Positions 63,321-64,000 of a stretch of 64,000 nt of DNA are shown piece by piece (position 1 is the stretch's first letter; every line of letters begins with the position of its first letter). The notes beneath the pieces are model-generated. The model saw only the letters and a list, made by a program, of their open reading frames with translations, was not told where the DNA came from and did not search any database. A program made the position numbers and the translations under genes. Origin of the DNA: a virus; the IMG/VR virus record IMGVR_UViG_3300002144_000477, positions 106,894 through 170,893 of that record. The stretch is one strand, 5' to 3'.

Positions 63321-63838
63321 TTTATAGTACTCCTGATATCAAGAGTTGCTTTATCGTTTGTCGTACCTGAGGTAACACCAGTAAGTTTTCCACCAGGGAC
63401 TAAGTCCGGACATTGACTGTTTGTTTCATCTGGCTTTGGTTGTGCGCCAGTTACCAGTTCGCCGCAACGAATAGCATCTTTTGTTGCTCGATTGATTACT
63501 TTTTCAACCGCCGTAGGACTAGCAACTGCATCTTTGCCAACGTCCCGGGCTTGACCACTGCTAGTTGTATCAAACTTGTTAGATAACGAAACTACATTCT
63601 TTTCTGCTTGAGCAAGTTTTTTGTTTAAATCGCTAGTGATAGTCTGGATACGTTTGATATCTTTTTGCAATTGGACCATTACTACCTGTTGGCTGGTAAC
63701 TACTTCCATTGCTTTAGTAGTATTAGCCTGTGCAAGTTCAAGGTCCGACTTAAGAGTTTGAACATAGAAGTAGCCGCTAACAACAATGCCTGCGGCTCCT
63801 AGTGCTAATCCAATCTTTATTCCGATTCCTGCTAACAT
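63317..63838 (-). CDS. i-spanin-like protein
   Basis: N-terminal TM plus coiled coil, downstream of endolysin. Confidence 0.6.
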   Translation of the reverse strand: MLAGIGIKIGLALGAAGIVVSGYFYVQTLKSDLELAQANTTKAMEVVTSQQVVMVQLQKDIKRIQTITSDLNKKLAQAEKNVVSLSNKFDTTSSGQARDVGKDAVASPTAVEKVINRATKDAIRCGELVTGAQPKPDETNSQCPDLVPGGKLTGVTSGTTNDKATLDIRSTIK

Positions 63839-63842
63839 AGTA

Positions 63843-64000
63843 TTAGCCTAATAACACACCTAAATTACGCACTAAGCGCTCTTTACGATCATCAATTCCA
63901 TGGGTACCACCATTGATACGTTTAGTCATCTTAGTGTTATCGCGATCGTCAGCCATTTCGTTTAGACCGTTCTTAGTCCAGAACCACGCCGCGCTTTCTA
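63843..64000 (-). CDS. 3' end of GH19 (chitinase-like) endolysin
   Basis: ESAAWFW...MTKRINGG.HG..DR translated by hand; truncated by window edge. Confidence 0.85.
   Translation of the reverse strand, partial: ESAAWFWTKNGLNEMADDRDNTKMTKRINGGTHGIDDRKERLVRNLGVLLG

Noticed and set aside
1-64000. tRNA/rRNA genes, transposases, integrase or stop-codon reassignment
   Set aside because: No cloverleaf or T-loop pattern noticed in the short intergenic gaps, no mobile-element motifs, and known genes are full length in the standard code. A tRNAscan-SE run would be needed to exclude tRNAs formally.

Overview
This is a 64-kb slice of a large, AT-rich, gene-dense dsDNA phage with T4-like replication genes. 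It carries a family B DNA polymerase, a gp45-like clamp, a T4-type RNase H/5'-3' exonuclease, a DsbA-like protein, ThyA and DHFR. ClpA, DnaJ and a GH19 endolysin with a two-component spanin pair (Gram-negative host) lie at the right end. Most genes are on the minus strand. They are driven by near-consensus sigma70 promoters (TTGACA-N17-TATAAT) and by TAAATA boxes resembling T4 late promoters. Five accessory systems stand out. (1) A 7-deazaguanine cluster (FolE, QueD, a second QueD-like protein, QueE, a TGT/DpdA-like transglycosylase) has no QueC in the window and is interleaved with a GT-B glycosyltransferase, GalE, a DegT-like enzyme, a purine PRTase and an LnmK-like hotdog protein; this suggests a novel, possibly sugar-decorated deazaguanine base. 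(2) Two compact preQ1-I-like pseudoknot candidates lie in the leaders of queD and folE. (3) A duplicated [unknown protein + Asn-synthetase-like ligase] operon is headed by a translationally coupled, lasso-core-like 26-aa ORF. (4) A DGQQR (ParB/GmrS-like) gene pairs with an EHxxP (HNH-like) gene. (5) A large glycan-decoration toolkit includes SGNH proteins, a carbamoyltransferase, an APS kinase, a sulfotransferase and several glycosyltransferases. All protein calls come from motif recognition by eye; no database search or folding program was run.
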